Positions 17,371-25,824 of a DNA stretch of 28,555 bases are shown piece by piece. Where the stretch lies: contig JAVZHX010000006.1 in NCBI GenBank assembly GCA_038871515.1, positions 1 to 28,555 on the forward strand, written 5' to 3'. A program made the translations under genes and the position numbers. A model generated the notes under the pieces. That model saw only the letters and a program-made list of their open reading frames with translations, did no database searches and had not been told where the DNA came from. The stretch's first letter is position 1, and each line of letters starts with the position of its first letter. This stretch comes from Candidatus Micrarchaeia archaeon. Its GTDB lineage: Archaea; Micrarchaeota; Micrarchaeia; Burarchaeales; Fermentimicrarchaeaceae.

Positions 17371-17473
17371 GCGGGGGTGCCTGAGCCTGGACTAAAGGGC
17401 AGGTGGCTATGCCTGCCAAACTTAAGATCCTGTGCGCTTAGGCGCTACGTGGGTTCAAATCCCTCCCCCCGCA
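17371..17473 (+). tRNA. tRNA-Leu(TAA), intron-containing (intron 17404-17419), CCA not encoded
   Basis: Acceptor GCGGGGG/CCCCCGC plus discriminator A; D-stem CCT/AGG; after intron removal the anticodon arm is CAGGA-CT TAA GA-TCCTG; long variable arm GCGC-TTAG-GCGC; T-loop TTCAAAT. Confidence 0.95.
17404..17419 (+). other. 16-nt tRNA intron at non-canonical position 30/31 with strict hBHBh' motif
   Basis: AAG-GGCA-[GG^T]-GGC-TAT-GCC-TGCC-[AA^A]-CTT: a 4-bp central helix with two 3-nt bulges and two 3-bp flanking helices. Confidence 0.92.
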
Positions 17474-17569
17474 TTATTGATGGGCGAGCTCCGAGTAAGT
17501 AGTGGCAAAGAGAAAAGAAACTTCTTGCTAGAAAATTGAGGGAAGTTCTTGGTTAACTCATTTACGGGT

Positions 17570-18202
17570 TCACCAGAACTTCACCAGTATCAATCTCACT
17601 TGATCGGATGTGTTCTCGCACGCATCAGCTATGTTCTCAACTGACTGGAATAATGCGTACATGATAATTGCCTCTGCGCCAGGCCTCTTTTCCTTAAGAA
17701 GAACTTTTTTTGAGTTATAATACTGGTCGTCAACTGCCTCCTCTATCCTTTCAACTTTGTGAGCGAGCTCCATCGCCTTTTCTTTATCACCTGAAATTAT
17801 CCTATCCATGCATTCATTAAGCTTCTCTATTGCCTCCTTATCGTTCTCGCACATTTCCCTCAACAGCTTCTTCTCCGAGTTTCTGAGCTTCCCTATTGCT
17901 GCAAGGTTCTTGCTCGCTGTGAATATCCAATCGCTTATTGAGTCCGCTTCCTTCGCAAGCCTCATCAAATCCTCCTTATCCTGGCTTGCAAGCTCCCCCT
18001 TTGCGAGCTGCTCCATTATGTTCCTTCTCACGTCATCTGCCTGTTTCTCAAGCATCTTCACGCTGTCAAATTTTCTCTCCCCTTTCTCAATCATCTGAAT
18101 AAGTTCATCTATTGACTTCGCTCCGAATTCAAACTGCGTTTTGAACATCTCCAGTACTCTCTCCTCCCTCCTCTTTCCAAACCATTCAGATATGCTAGTC
18201 AA
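17570..18202 (-). CDS. DUF47 / PhoU-like phosphate transport regulator family protein
   Basis: All-helical with duplicated E..AD / E..VD and D.I.D / E.IAD..E..D motifs (LEKQADDVRR, IEEAVD, VENIADACENTSD); TTG start overlapping the ATPase stop. Confidence 0.85.
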   Translation of the reverse strand: MTSISEWFGKRREERVLEMFKTQFEFGAKSIDELIQMIEKGERKFDSVKMLEKQADDVRRNIMEQLAKGELASQDKEDLMRLAKEADSISDWIFTASKNLAAIGKLRNSEKKLLREMCENDKEAIEKLNECMDRIISGDKEKAMELAHKVERIEEAVDDQYYNSKKVLLKEKRPGAEAIIMYALFQSVENIADACENTSDQVRLILVKFW

Positions 18203-19256
18203 ACCTCAACGCCTCCTTCAGTCCCTCACCGGGATACTTGAAAAGTTTAACATCACATGGGTCAAAATAAATATTCACCTTCTCCCCTTTATTACACTTT
18301 CTTGTGTCCAAACTTCGTATTTTTATCACCTCCTTTCCAACTACCACTTCCAGGTGGTAGCACCATCCGTGAAATCTGCACTCCCTCACAACTCCCTCAA
18401 AACCAGTCTCCGCAACTCTCACCTTCTCAGGTCTCACCATTGCAATATATGCTCCTGGCTCTGTTTTTTGGATCCTCATCTCCCCTCCAAGAAGCTTCAT
18501 CTTTGAGCACTCACCTTCGTACGAAACAACCGCCTCAATGAAGTTTGCACCGCCAAGGAAGTCAGCAACGAACAGGTTCACCGGGTTTGCGTAGATTTCC
18601 TCAGCGCTGCCAACCTGCTCTATTCTGCCTCTCCTCATCACAACTATTTTATCAGCAACCTCCATTGCTTCCTCTTGGTCGTGCGTCACATGTATCGCAG
18701 TCAGCCCCAAATCCTTCACCATCCTTCTCATCTCGCTTCTTACCTCTTCCCCTATCTTTGCGTCAAGAGCAGAAAGTGGCTCGTCAAGGAAAAGCAGACT
18801 TGAGCCAGTTGTCAATGCTCTTGCAACAGCAAGCCTCTGCTGCATACCTCCTGATAACTCGGATGGATACGCGTTATGCCTCGCAGCCAATCTAACCAGC
18901 TGAAGCATCTCCTGAGCGTTTTTTCTCGTCTCCTCCTCATCCTTCCCCCTCATAATTGGGCCGTAGATTGTGTTTTCAAAAACAGTAAGGTGTGGAAAGA
19001 GCGCGTAGTTCTGAAAAACAAACCCAATGTTCCTCTCCTCAGGTGGTAGATTAGTAACATCCTTGCCGTCAATGTAAACCTTACCTTCAGTTGGCTCCCA
19101 GATGCCTGCAATTATTTTCAGCAGGGTGGTTTTCCCGCACCCGCTAGGCCCAAGCAGAGCAACGTATTCACCATCGTTTATTTCTAAGTTTATTCCCTCA
19201 AGTGCTTTTATCTTCCCAAAGAACTTTGAGAGGTTAACAACTTTTATGTGCGGCAC
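18195..19256 (-). CDS. ABC importer ATP-binding subunit (PotA/CysA/FbpC-like, probable C-terminal TOBE domain)
   Basis: Walker A GPSGCGKT, VFQNYALFPHL, LSGGMQQR, LFLDEP, VTHDQEEA, VRPE. Confidence 0.95.
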   Translation of the reverse strand: MPHIKVVNLSKFFGKIKALEGINLEINDGEYVALLGPSGCGKTTLLKIIAGIWEPTEGKVYIDGKDVTNLPPEERNIGFVFQNYALFPHLTVFENTIYGPIMRGKDEEETRKNAQEMLQLVRLAARHNAYPSELSGGMQQRLAVARALTTGSSLLFLDEPLSALDAKIGEEVRSEMRRMVKDLGLTAIHVTHDQEEAMEVADKIVVMRRGRIEQVGSAEEIYANPVNLFVADFLGGANFIEAVVSYEGECSKMKLLGGEMRIQKTEPGAYIAMVRPEKVRVAETGFEGVVRECRFHGWCYHLEVVVGKEVIKIRSLDTRKCNKGEKVNIYFDPCDVKLFKYPGEGLKEALRFD

Positions 19257-19260
19257 AAAA

Positions 19261-20781
19261 TCACTTCCTCCTCAGGAGGAATGCTGCAAAGAATGAAATC
19301 AAAAGCAGCACTCCAGATGCAAACGCTGCTTCTGGGAATTGATTGGTTTTAACGAAATCTACTATTAACACAGGTATTGTTTTAAATGTTTTTGAGACTG
19401 CAAGCGTTGCGCCTGTTTCACTTAAACTTCTCATAAAAGCCATTATTGCACCTGCAGTTATGCTTGGCATTATCAAAGGCAAGGTGATTGTTCTGAAAAC
19501 TTTAAACTGGTCTGCGCCAAGCGTTCTTGCTGCCTGCTCAAGCTCCTTGTCCATTGCTCTTATTGAAGCTGAGATTGGTTTAACTATGTATGGGTAAGCC
19601 AAAGCAAGGTGAACCATTGCGAGAGTGACAAACTCATTGATGTTGAACGCCCCCCAGAACATCCCAAGCGACAAACCAAGTGCAACTGTTGGCATAACCA
19701 TAACTGCATCTATAAGAAAATCAAAAAGCTCTCCCAAGCCGTATTTGTTCTTTCCAATAAGAATTGCCATCCCAACTCCAAAGAGAAGGTCAACAGCAGT
19801 TGCAGTTATTGCTATGAGGAAGGAGATGAGAATTGACTGAATTATATCATCAAAATGATGGAAGGAGGGGGAGATGTGCTTCAGGAAGAAGAAGGAGGGG
19901 AGGAGTACAAGCAGGAATAGGAAAAGAAGGGAGAGAATATTCTTATACACGCTCAACCTGCCAAGGGATGCTTCAAAAGAAGTGTTTGGTTTTCCAATTG
20001 GTATTCTGAATCTATATGCCAGATTCCTCACAACTGCAAGGAGAATTGTTGATGTTGCTATGAGGATAAGGCTGAGGGAAACTGCAGATGTCATGTCCCC
20101 GCTGTTCTTGTAAAGAAGTGTTTGAACGGGAGCGGTTGCAGCAAAGAATTCCCCGACACCAACAGCCATCATTGTTGCGCCTGTTTCGCTTAAACTTCTT
20201 GTGAAAGCAAGCATCCCACCTATGAATAAACCAGCTTTGAAAAGAGGGAGGGTGACTGTTCTGAAAGCGGTGAGGGGAGGCGCGCCAAGCGTCCTCGCAG
20301 CAATCTCGTAGTTTATATCAATCTCCTCAATTGCAGCCGTAAGAGTTCTCACAATGTACGGGTAGGTGAATGCAGCATGCACCATGAATATCATCCAGTA
20401 ACCCTTGCTCAGCAACCCTATTCCTTCCCCTCCCCAGAAAACCGCAACCGAAAAGCCAAGCGCAGCTGTCGGCACAATAAGCGGCATGTCAATGAGGAAG
20501 TTCAAATACTTCTTGCTCCTGAGTTTGTAGCGCGCGAGAATCCATGCAACAGGCACTCCAAATACCACGTCAACAACAACAACCAAAAATGCAATTGAGA
20601 AGGAGTTGAAAAGCGCATCCTGCATCTCCTTTGTTACATATACGTTTGGAAGGCAGAGAGAGGAACCGTTTGGACAGCTTCTGAAAATCAGGTAAAGGGT
20701 TGGGAGGAAGACGAGGAGGAGGAAGAAAGCTACGCATACTAAGTAGAAAACCAGCTCAAGCGGATTCTCCTTGCCTCCCAT
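19261..20781 (-). CDS. ABC importer permease with two fused transmembrane domains (ModB/CysTW/FbpB-like)
   Basis: Two repeats, each with P...PT.ALG, YPYIV, an EAA loop (AARTLGA) and RSLSETGAT. ATG 20781 with a GGAG RBS is preferred over 20832. Confidence 0.92.
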   Translation of the reverse strand: MGGKENPLELVFYLVCVAFFLLLVFLPTLYLIFRSCPNGSSLCLPNVYVTKEMQDALFNSFSIAFLVVVVDVVFGVPVAWILARYKLRSKKYLNFLIDMPLIVPTAALGFSVAVFWGGEGIGLLSKGYWMIFMVHAAFTYPYIVRTLTAAIEEIDINYEIAARTLGAPPLTAFRTVTLPLFKAGLFIGGMLAFTRSLSETGATMMAVGVGEFFAATAPVQTLLYKNSGDMTSAVSLSLILIATSTILLAVVRNLAYRFRIPIGKPNTSFEASLGRLSVYKNILSLLFLFLLVLLPSFFFLKHISPSFHHFDDIIQSILISFLIAITATAVDLLFGVGMAILIGKNKYGLGELFDFLIDAVMVMPTVALGLSLGMFWGAFNINEFVTLAMVHLALAYPYIVKPISASIRAMDKELEQAARTLGADQFKVFRTITLPLIMPSITAGAIMAFMRSLSETGATLAVSKTFKTIPVLIVDFVKTNQFPEAAFASGVLLLISFFAAFLLRRK

Positions 20782-20860
20782 AAAACTCCTTTTGCATAAA
20801 AACTTTAATAAAGAGTAGTTAACCCGCATCATATTTTAAAACAACCTCCAAAATAGTAGT

Positions 20861-22222
20861 ATGGAAAAACTTTTGAGGGAAGTGCTTGAGAGGATAAAGC
20901 CAACTCCAGAGGAGAGGGAGTGGGAGCTTCAGATTGCGGAGTGGGTGAAGGGAAGGTTGAGGAAGTTGCTGCCAAAAAAGGTGAAGCTTGAGATAGTTGG
21001 CTCAATTGCAAAGAATACTGATTTGAGGAATGACAGAGACGTTGATATATTCATGCTTTTTCCAAAAGGAACTTCAAGGAAGGTGCTTGAAAGGAGCTTG
21101 GAGTATGCGAAAAAAGCTGTTTCACCTCATCCGTGGAGGATAGGTTACGCGGAGCATCCTTACTTGAAAGCAGATATTGAGGGGTGTGATGTTGAGCTTG
21201 TTCCGTCAATCAGGATAACAAACATAAATGAGAAAGCATCATCAGTTGACAGGTCACCCCTTCATACGAGATACGTTCTCTCAAAGTTAGATGAAAAAAA
21301 GCGGGATGAGGTTAGGCTGCTCAAGCAGTTTCTCAAAAGGTTGGGGGTTTATGGGGCTGAGCTTAAGGTGGAGGGTTTCTCTGGTTATCTATGCGAGCTG
21401 TTGATAATAAAATACGGTTCCTTTATTGAACTTCTGAAAAACGTTGCGGAGTGGCACAAGCCCGTTATTGATATTGAGGGTTATTACTTGGAAAGTGAAG
21501 CAAGAAAGAAGTTCAACTCACCTCTTGTGGTTGTTGACCCTGTTGACAGAAACAGAAATGTTGCGGCAGCGGTTTCACCAATTTCTCTTGCGAAGTTCAT
21601 ACTTGCCTCAAGAGCATTTCTGAAAAAACCAGGCAGGCAGTTCTTCTTCAGCGAGGAGAGAGAGTTTTCAAGGAAGGAGCTTGAAAGAAAATTATTGGAA
21701 AGGGGGACGAAGTTCATAGCAGTTGTCTTTCCAGCCCCAGAGGTTGTTCCAGATATTCTTTGGCCGCAGCTGAGAAAAACAGCAAACAACGTTGCAAAGC
21801 ATCTGGAGCTTGCGGAATTCAGAGTTTTTGGTTATGATTTCTGGAGCGATGAGAGTAGATGTGTAATACTGCTTGAGCTTTCTGTGCATAAACTTCCATC
21901 TGTTAAAAAAGCATTTGGCCCCTCTGTTGTTTACGAGAAGGATGTGGGGAAGTTTGTCAGAAAGCATTTGAAAGCAGTTGGAGGTCCATCAGTTGAGGGG
22001 GATAAGGTTGTCGCTGTTGAGAGAAGGGAGGTAACTGATGCGTTGGAGTTTGTGAAAAAAATTATGAAAAACCCAATTCGCTTTGGAATTCCATCGTATA
22101 TTTCAAGGGTTATAAAGAAGGGTCACGTTGCTGTTGATAGGGGAGTTTTGAAGGAAGGGTTCAATGAGTTTCTTTACTCATACCTTTCAAGGAAGGAGTT
22201 CTTCATAAAACACCTGGTGTAG
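20861..22222 (+). CDS. cca: CCA-adding enzyme (class I, archaeal tRNA nucleotidyltransferase)
   Basis: VGSIAKNTDL..DRDVDIF, YAEHPY, VDRSPLH, YGAE..VEGFSGYLCELL, DPVD.NRNVAAA. Confidence 0.96.
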   Translation: MEKLLREVLERIKPTPEEREWELQIAEWVKGRLRKLLPKKVKLEIVGSIAKNTDLRNDRDVDIFMLFPKGTSRKVLERSLEYAKKAVSPHPWRIGYAEHPYLKADIEGCDVELVPSIRITNINEKASSVDRSPLHTRYVLSKLDEKKRDEVRLLKQFLKRLGVYGAELKVEGFSGYLCELLIIKYGSFIELLKNVAEWHKPVIDIEGYYLESEARKKFNSPLVVVDPVDRNRNVAAAVSPISLAKFILASRAFLKKPGRQFFFSEEREFSRKELERKLLERGTKFIAVVFPAPEVVPDILWPQLRKTANNVAKHLELAEFRVFGYDFWSDESRCVILLELSVHKLPSVKKAFGPSVVYEKDVGKFVRKHLKAVGGPSVEGDKVVAVERREVTDALEFVKKIMKNPIRFGIPSYISRVIKKGHVAVDRGVLKEGFNEFLYSYLSRKEFFIKHLV

Positions 22223-22226
22223 AAGA

Positions 22227-23426
22227 ATGGAGCTTTATTATGAGGATGCTTACCTGAAATCCTTCACATCAAGAGTTGTTTCTCTTTCTTACTTGAACTC
22301 ATATGTGCTGATAACACTCGAAAAAACAGCTTTCTTCCCAGGTGGGGGAGGGCAGAGCTTTGATACAGGTTTCATTTATGGAAAAAATGGAACTGCGGAG
22401 GTTGTTGAAACAAAGCTTGAGGGAAACAGGGTGGTTCATCTCTGCAAACTGAAAGGAGAAATACAACAGGGAGAAGAAGTTGAGTGCAAGATAAACTGGG
22501 AGAGAAGGTACGAGCTGATGAGGGCGCATACAGCGCAGCACATGTTCTTCCAATGCCTCTCAAGGTTTTTTGAGGGGTTGCATGTTGTGAAGGATGATAT
22601 TGATGTTGGGAGGCATGCGCTTTTCATAAAAAGCTCTCAACCGCTTGACTACGACAGAGTTGCGGAGGCGGAGAAGCTTGCAAACAGAATAATTCAGGAG
22701 GGAAGGAGGGTTATGATAAGGTGGATGAAGAAGGAGGAGGCTGCGAAGGCGGATGTCAGAATAAAGCTGGATAGGATAAAGGGAAATGAAGTTAGGGTTG
22801 TTGAGATTGAGGAGTTTGATAAATCAGCATGCTCAGGAATTCATATAAGAAACACAAGGGAGATAGAGCTGCTTGCTGTGACAAGAGTAACGAGGGAAGG
22901 GGAGGAGTATTCAATTGAGTTTGAGTTTGGGGAGAAGGCAAGGGAGTTTCTTCTGGAAATGAAAAAGGAATGCATGAAAGCATGCTCTGCGCTTAAAACT
23001 CATCCTGAGTTGCTTGAGAGAACTGCTCAAAATTTAAAAGAGGAGAATGCTGTGATGAGGGAGCAGCTCAAAAAACTGAATGAGGAGCTTGTGCAGGGAG
23101 TTGAATTCATTGAAAGAGGAGGAGTGAGGGTGTATTCAAAAGTTTTCTCAGGTGCGGATAATAAGAAGCTGATGGAGAAAGCAGGGGAATTAATAAAAGA
23201 GGAGAATGCGCTAGTTATACTTGGGAATAAAAATGAGAGGGGTTTTCTCCTCATAGCGAAAAACCCCGAAATGAGAATTGATTTAAAAAAACTTGCAGAG
23301 AAAGCATTCTCAATTATTGAAGGCAGGTGGGGAGGGAAGGAGTATTTTGTGAGCGGTGGAGGAAAAGCTGAAAAGGTTGATGAAGCAGTTAAGTTTTTGG
23401 TTGAATGCAGGTGGTTGGATGGCTGA
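22227..23426 (+). CDS. alaX: AlaX-type trans-editing deacylase with C-terminal DHHA1/C-Ala domain (AlaX-L)
   Basis: LYYEDAYL, TAFFPGGGGQ..DTG, Zn ligands HTAQH and CSGIH, coiled coil, C-terminal GRWGG...SGGG; no aminoacylation domain. Confidence 0.9.
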   Translation: MELYYEDAYLKSFTSRVVSLSYLNSYVLITLEKTAFFPGGGGQSFDTGFIYGKNGTAEVVETKLEGNRVVHLCKLKGEIQQGEEVECKINWERRYELMRAHTAQHMFFQCLSRFFEGLHVVKDDIDVGRHALFIKSSQPLDYDRVAEAEKLANRIIQEGRRVMIRWMKKEEAAKADVRIKLDRIKGNEVRVVEIEEFDKSACSGIHIRNTREIELLAVTRVTREGEEYSIEFEFGEKAREFLLEMKKECMKACSALKTHPELLERTAQNLKEENAVMREQLKKLNEELVQGVEFIERGGVRVYSKVFSGADNKKLMEKAGELIKEENALVILGNKNERGFLLIAKNPEMRIDLKKLAEKAFSIIEGRWGGKEYFVSGGGKAEKVDEAVKFLVECRWLDG

Positions 23427-24714
23427 GTTCATTCCAATAGGAAAGATATTTTCAGAAAAGTTGGTTGGAAAGGAAGTTAATTTAAGAGGATGGGTTTACA
23501 GGAAGAGGTCAAGTGGCGGAGTCCAGTTTGTTGTTCTCAGGGATTCAACAGGAGTTATTCAGGCTGCAGTTAAAAAAGGAAATGTTCCTGAAAAAGCGTA
23601 TGGTGATTTAGACAAGGCGCTGATTGAATCCTCAATAGCAGTGAGTGGAGTTGTGAAAGAAGATAAGAGAGCTCCTGGTGGTTATGAGGTTGAAGCAAAA
23701 GATGTATCTGTGACAAGCTTCTCAGAGCCATTCCCAATTACTGAGCACCAGAGCACTGAGCTGCTGCTTGATTTGAGGCATCTGTGGCTGCGCTCCCAGA
23801 GGTTGACAAATGTAATGAAAGCAAGGCATTATCTTGTTAATTATTTGAGAGAGTTCTTTGTTTCAAAAGGGTTCTGGGAGGTTGCTCCACCAATCATAAC
23901 CCAGTCTGCATGCGAAGGAGGGGCAACTGTTTTTCCCATTCAGTATTTTGAGCAGAAAGCGTATTTAACGCAGAGCGCTCAGCTCTACCTGGAAGGGCTT
24001 ATCTACTCGCTGGAAAAGGTTTTCTGCTTCATACCCGCTTTTCGAGCTGATAAGAGCCGAACAGTTCGTCATCTGTCTGAGTATTGGACGCTTGAGCCAG
24101 AGATGGCGTATTACGGAAGCGAGCAGAACATTCAGCTACAGGAGGAGATGATTTCATACGTTTGCAAGAAAATGTCAAAGCACACGGAGTTGCTTGAATA
24201 CTTTGGGAGAAACCCGAAGGAGCTTGCAGGGATTGAGCCTCCTTTTAAAAGGTTGAGTTATGATGAGGCGTTGGAGGAGCTTGCAAAGAAGGGAGTGAGG
24301 AAGGAGTGGGGGGAGGATATGGGGGTGGAGGATGAGAAAATTTTAACTGCAGAGGCGAAGAAGCCAATTGTTGTTTACAACTATCCAAGGAAAGCAAAAG
24401 CATTCTACATGAGGGTGAATCCAGACAACCCGGAAACTGTTCTGAATGATGATATGCTTGCTCCTGAGGGGCACGGGGAGATAATAGGTGGTTCGGAGAG
24501 AATTTGGGAGTATGATGAGTTGATGGAGAGGATGAGGGAGCAGGGGCTGAATGTTAAGGAGTATGGGTGGTATGTTGATTTGAGAAAATACGGCTCAGTG
24601 CCTCACTCAGGTTTTGGTTTGGGGGTTGAAAGATTATTGAAGTGGCTGCTGAATTTAGAGCACATACGTGATGCAATTCCATTCCCAAGAACAATGAACA
24701 GGGTTTATCCATAG
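23419..24714 (+). CDS. asnS: Asparaginyl-tRNA synthetase
   Basis: OB fold (LRGWV, LRDSTG..Q), RHLWLR, CEGG, YLTQSAQLY, FRAD.SRT.RHLSEY, EIIGGSER, WYVDLRKYGSVPHSGFGLGVER. ATG 23419 has AGGTG-N5. Confidence 0.93.
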   Translation: MAEFIPIGKIFSEKLVGKEVNLRGWVYRKRSSGGVQFVVLRDSTGVIQAAVKKGNVPEKAYGDLDKALIESSIAVSGVVKEDKRAPGGYEVEAKDVSVTSFSEPFPITEHQSTELLLDLRHLWLRSQRLTNVMKARHYLVNYLREFFVSKGFWEVAPPIITQSACEGGATVFPIQYFEQKAYLTQSAQLYLEGLIYSLEKVFCFIPAFRADKSRTVRHLSEYWTLEPEMAYYGSEQNIQLQEEMISYVCKKMSKHTELLEYFGRNPKELAGIEPPFKRLSYDEALEELAKKGVRKEWGEDMGVEDEKILTAEAKKPIVVYNYPRKAKAFYMRVNPDNPETVLNDDMLAPEGHGEIIGGSERIWEYDELMERMREQGLNVKEYGWYVDLRKYGSVPHSGFGLGVERLLKWLLNLEHIRDAIPFPRTMNRVYP

Positions 24715-24722
24715 GTGAGTGA

Positions 24723-25151
24723 ATGAAAAAAGTTCTTGCATTTGGCTGCTTTGATATACTCCATATGGGGCATTACACCTACTTGAAAAACGCAAGGAAG
24801 CTTGGGGATAAGTTGATAGTTGTGGTTGCAAGGGATTCAACAATAAGAAAATTCAAGAAAAGGGAGCCTGTGCTTGATGAGGAGTCAAGGAGGAAGCTTG
24901 TTGAATCCTTGAAGTTTGTTGACTCTGCAGTTCTCGGGAGTAAAGAGGATAAATACAAAATAATTAAAAAAATAAAACCATCTGTGATTGCGCTTGGGTA
25001 TGACCAAAAAGAAGATGAGAGGTTTCTTAAGAAAAAACTGATGGAAATGAAAGTTAATGCAAGGGTTGTTAGAATAAAGAAGAGCTTCAACCCAAAGCAG
25101 CACAAGTCATCTGTTTTAATTAATAAAATGATGAAGCTTGTGAGGTTGTAG
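24723..25151 (+). CDS. ribL: FAD synthetase RibL-like cytidylyltransferase-family protein
   Basis: FGCFDILHMGH (HxGH), VVVARD, R...VESLKFVD.A.LG, IALGYDQ, SS. Confidence 0.85.
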   Translation: MKKVLAFGCFDILHMGHYTYLKNARKLGDKLIVVVARDSTIRKFKKREPVLDEESRRKLVESLKFVDSAVLGSKEDKYKIIKKIKPSVIALGYDQKEDERFLKKKLMEMKVNARVVRIKKSFNPKQHKSSVLINKMMKLVRL

Positions 25152-25152
25152 A

Positions 25153-25824
25153 GTGAGGGTTTCTGTTCTTTTCAGCGGTGGAAAGGACAGCATGCTTGCT
25201 CTTTGGAATGCTGTTTCTTATGGGTGGGAGGTGAAAGCGCTGCTCACAGTGCTTCCTGAGTTGGATTCATCGTATATGTTTCATCACCCAAACGTTGAGC
25301 TTGTTCCACTTCAAGCAGAGGCGATGGAGCTGCCAGCAATACTCCAGAGAAGCTCTGGAAAGAAAGATGAGGAGCTGGAGGATTTGAAGGAGTTGATAGG
25401 GAGCGTTGAGGTTGACGGAGTTGTCACAGGAGCTGTTGCAAGCGAGTATCAGAAGGAGAAGGTTGATTTAATCTGCGAGGAGCTTGGGGTAAGGAGCTTT
25501 GCTCCGCTGTGGCATAAGGATGGGGAAAAACTTCTGAAGGAGATGCTTGAAGCTTCTTTTGAAATAATAATAACCTCTGTTTCAGCAGAGGGGCTTGATG
25601 AAAGCTGGCTTGGAAGGAGGATAGATAGGAGATGTGTGGAGGAGCTTGTCGAATTAAAGGAAAAATACGGGGTTTCTGTTGTTGGCGAAGGCGGAGAGCT
25701 GGAAACGTTTGTTCTAAACTCACCTTTATTCAAGAAAAGAATTGAAGTTGAGAAAGCTGAGAGAAGATGGGATGGGGTGAGGGGAGTTTATTCAATAAAA
25801 CAAGCGAAGCTTACTCGTAAATAA
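25153..25824 (+). CDS. dph6: Diphthine--ammonia ligase (DUF71 PP-loop ATPase)
   Basis: FSGGKDS, SYMFH, GAVASEYQ, PLW, WLGR, GEGGELET; GTG start. Confidence 0.92.
   Translation: MRVSVLFSGGKDSMLALWNAVSYGWEVKALLTVLPELDSSYMFHHPNVELVPLQAEAMELPAILQRSSGKKDEELEDLKELIGSVEVDGVVTGAVASEYQKEKVDLICEELGVRSFAPLWHKDGEKLLKEMLEASFEIIITSVSAEGLDESWLGRRIDRRCVEELVELKEKYGVSVVGEGGELETFVLNSPLFKKRIEVEKAERRWDGVRGVYSIKQAKLTRK

Noticed and set aside
17371..20781. tRNA-anchored integrated element carrying the ABC operon
   Set aside because: No integrase, and no duplicate of the tRNA 3' end (att site) was seen in the window.
23419..24714. Non-discriminating AspRS instead of AsnRS
   Set aside because: RHLWLR, YLTQSAQLY, SRT.RHL.EY and WY.DLRKYGSVPH match AsnRS rather than archaeal AspRS signatures.
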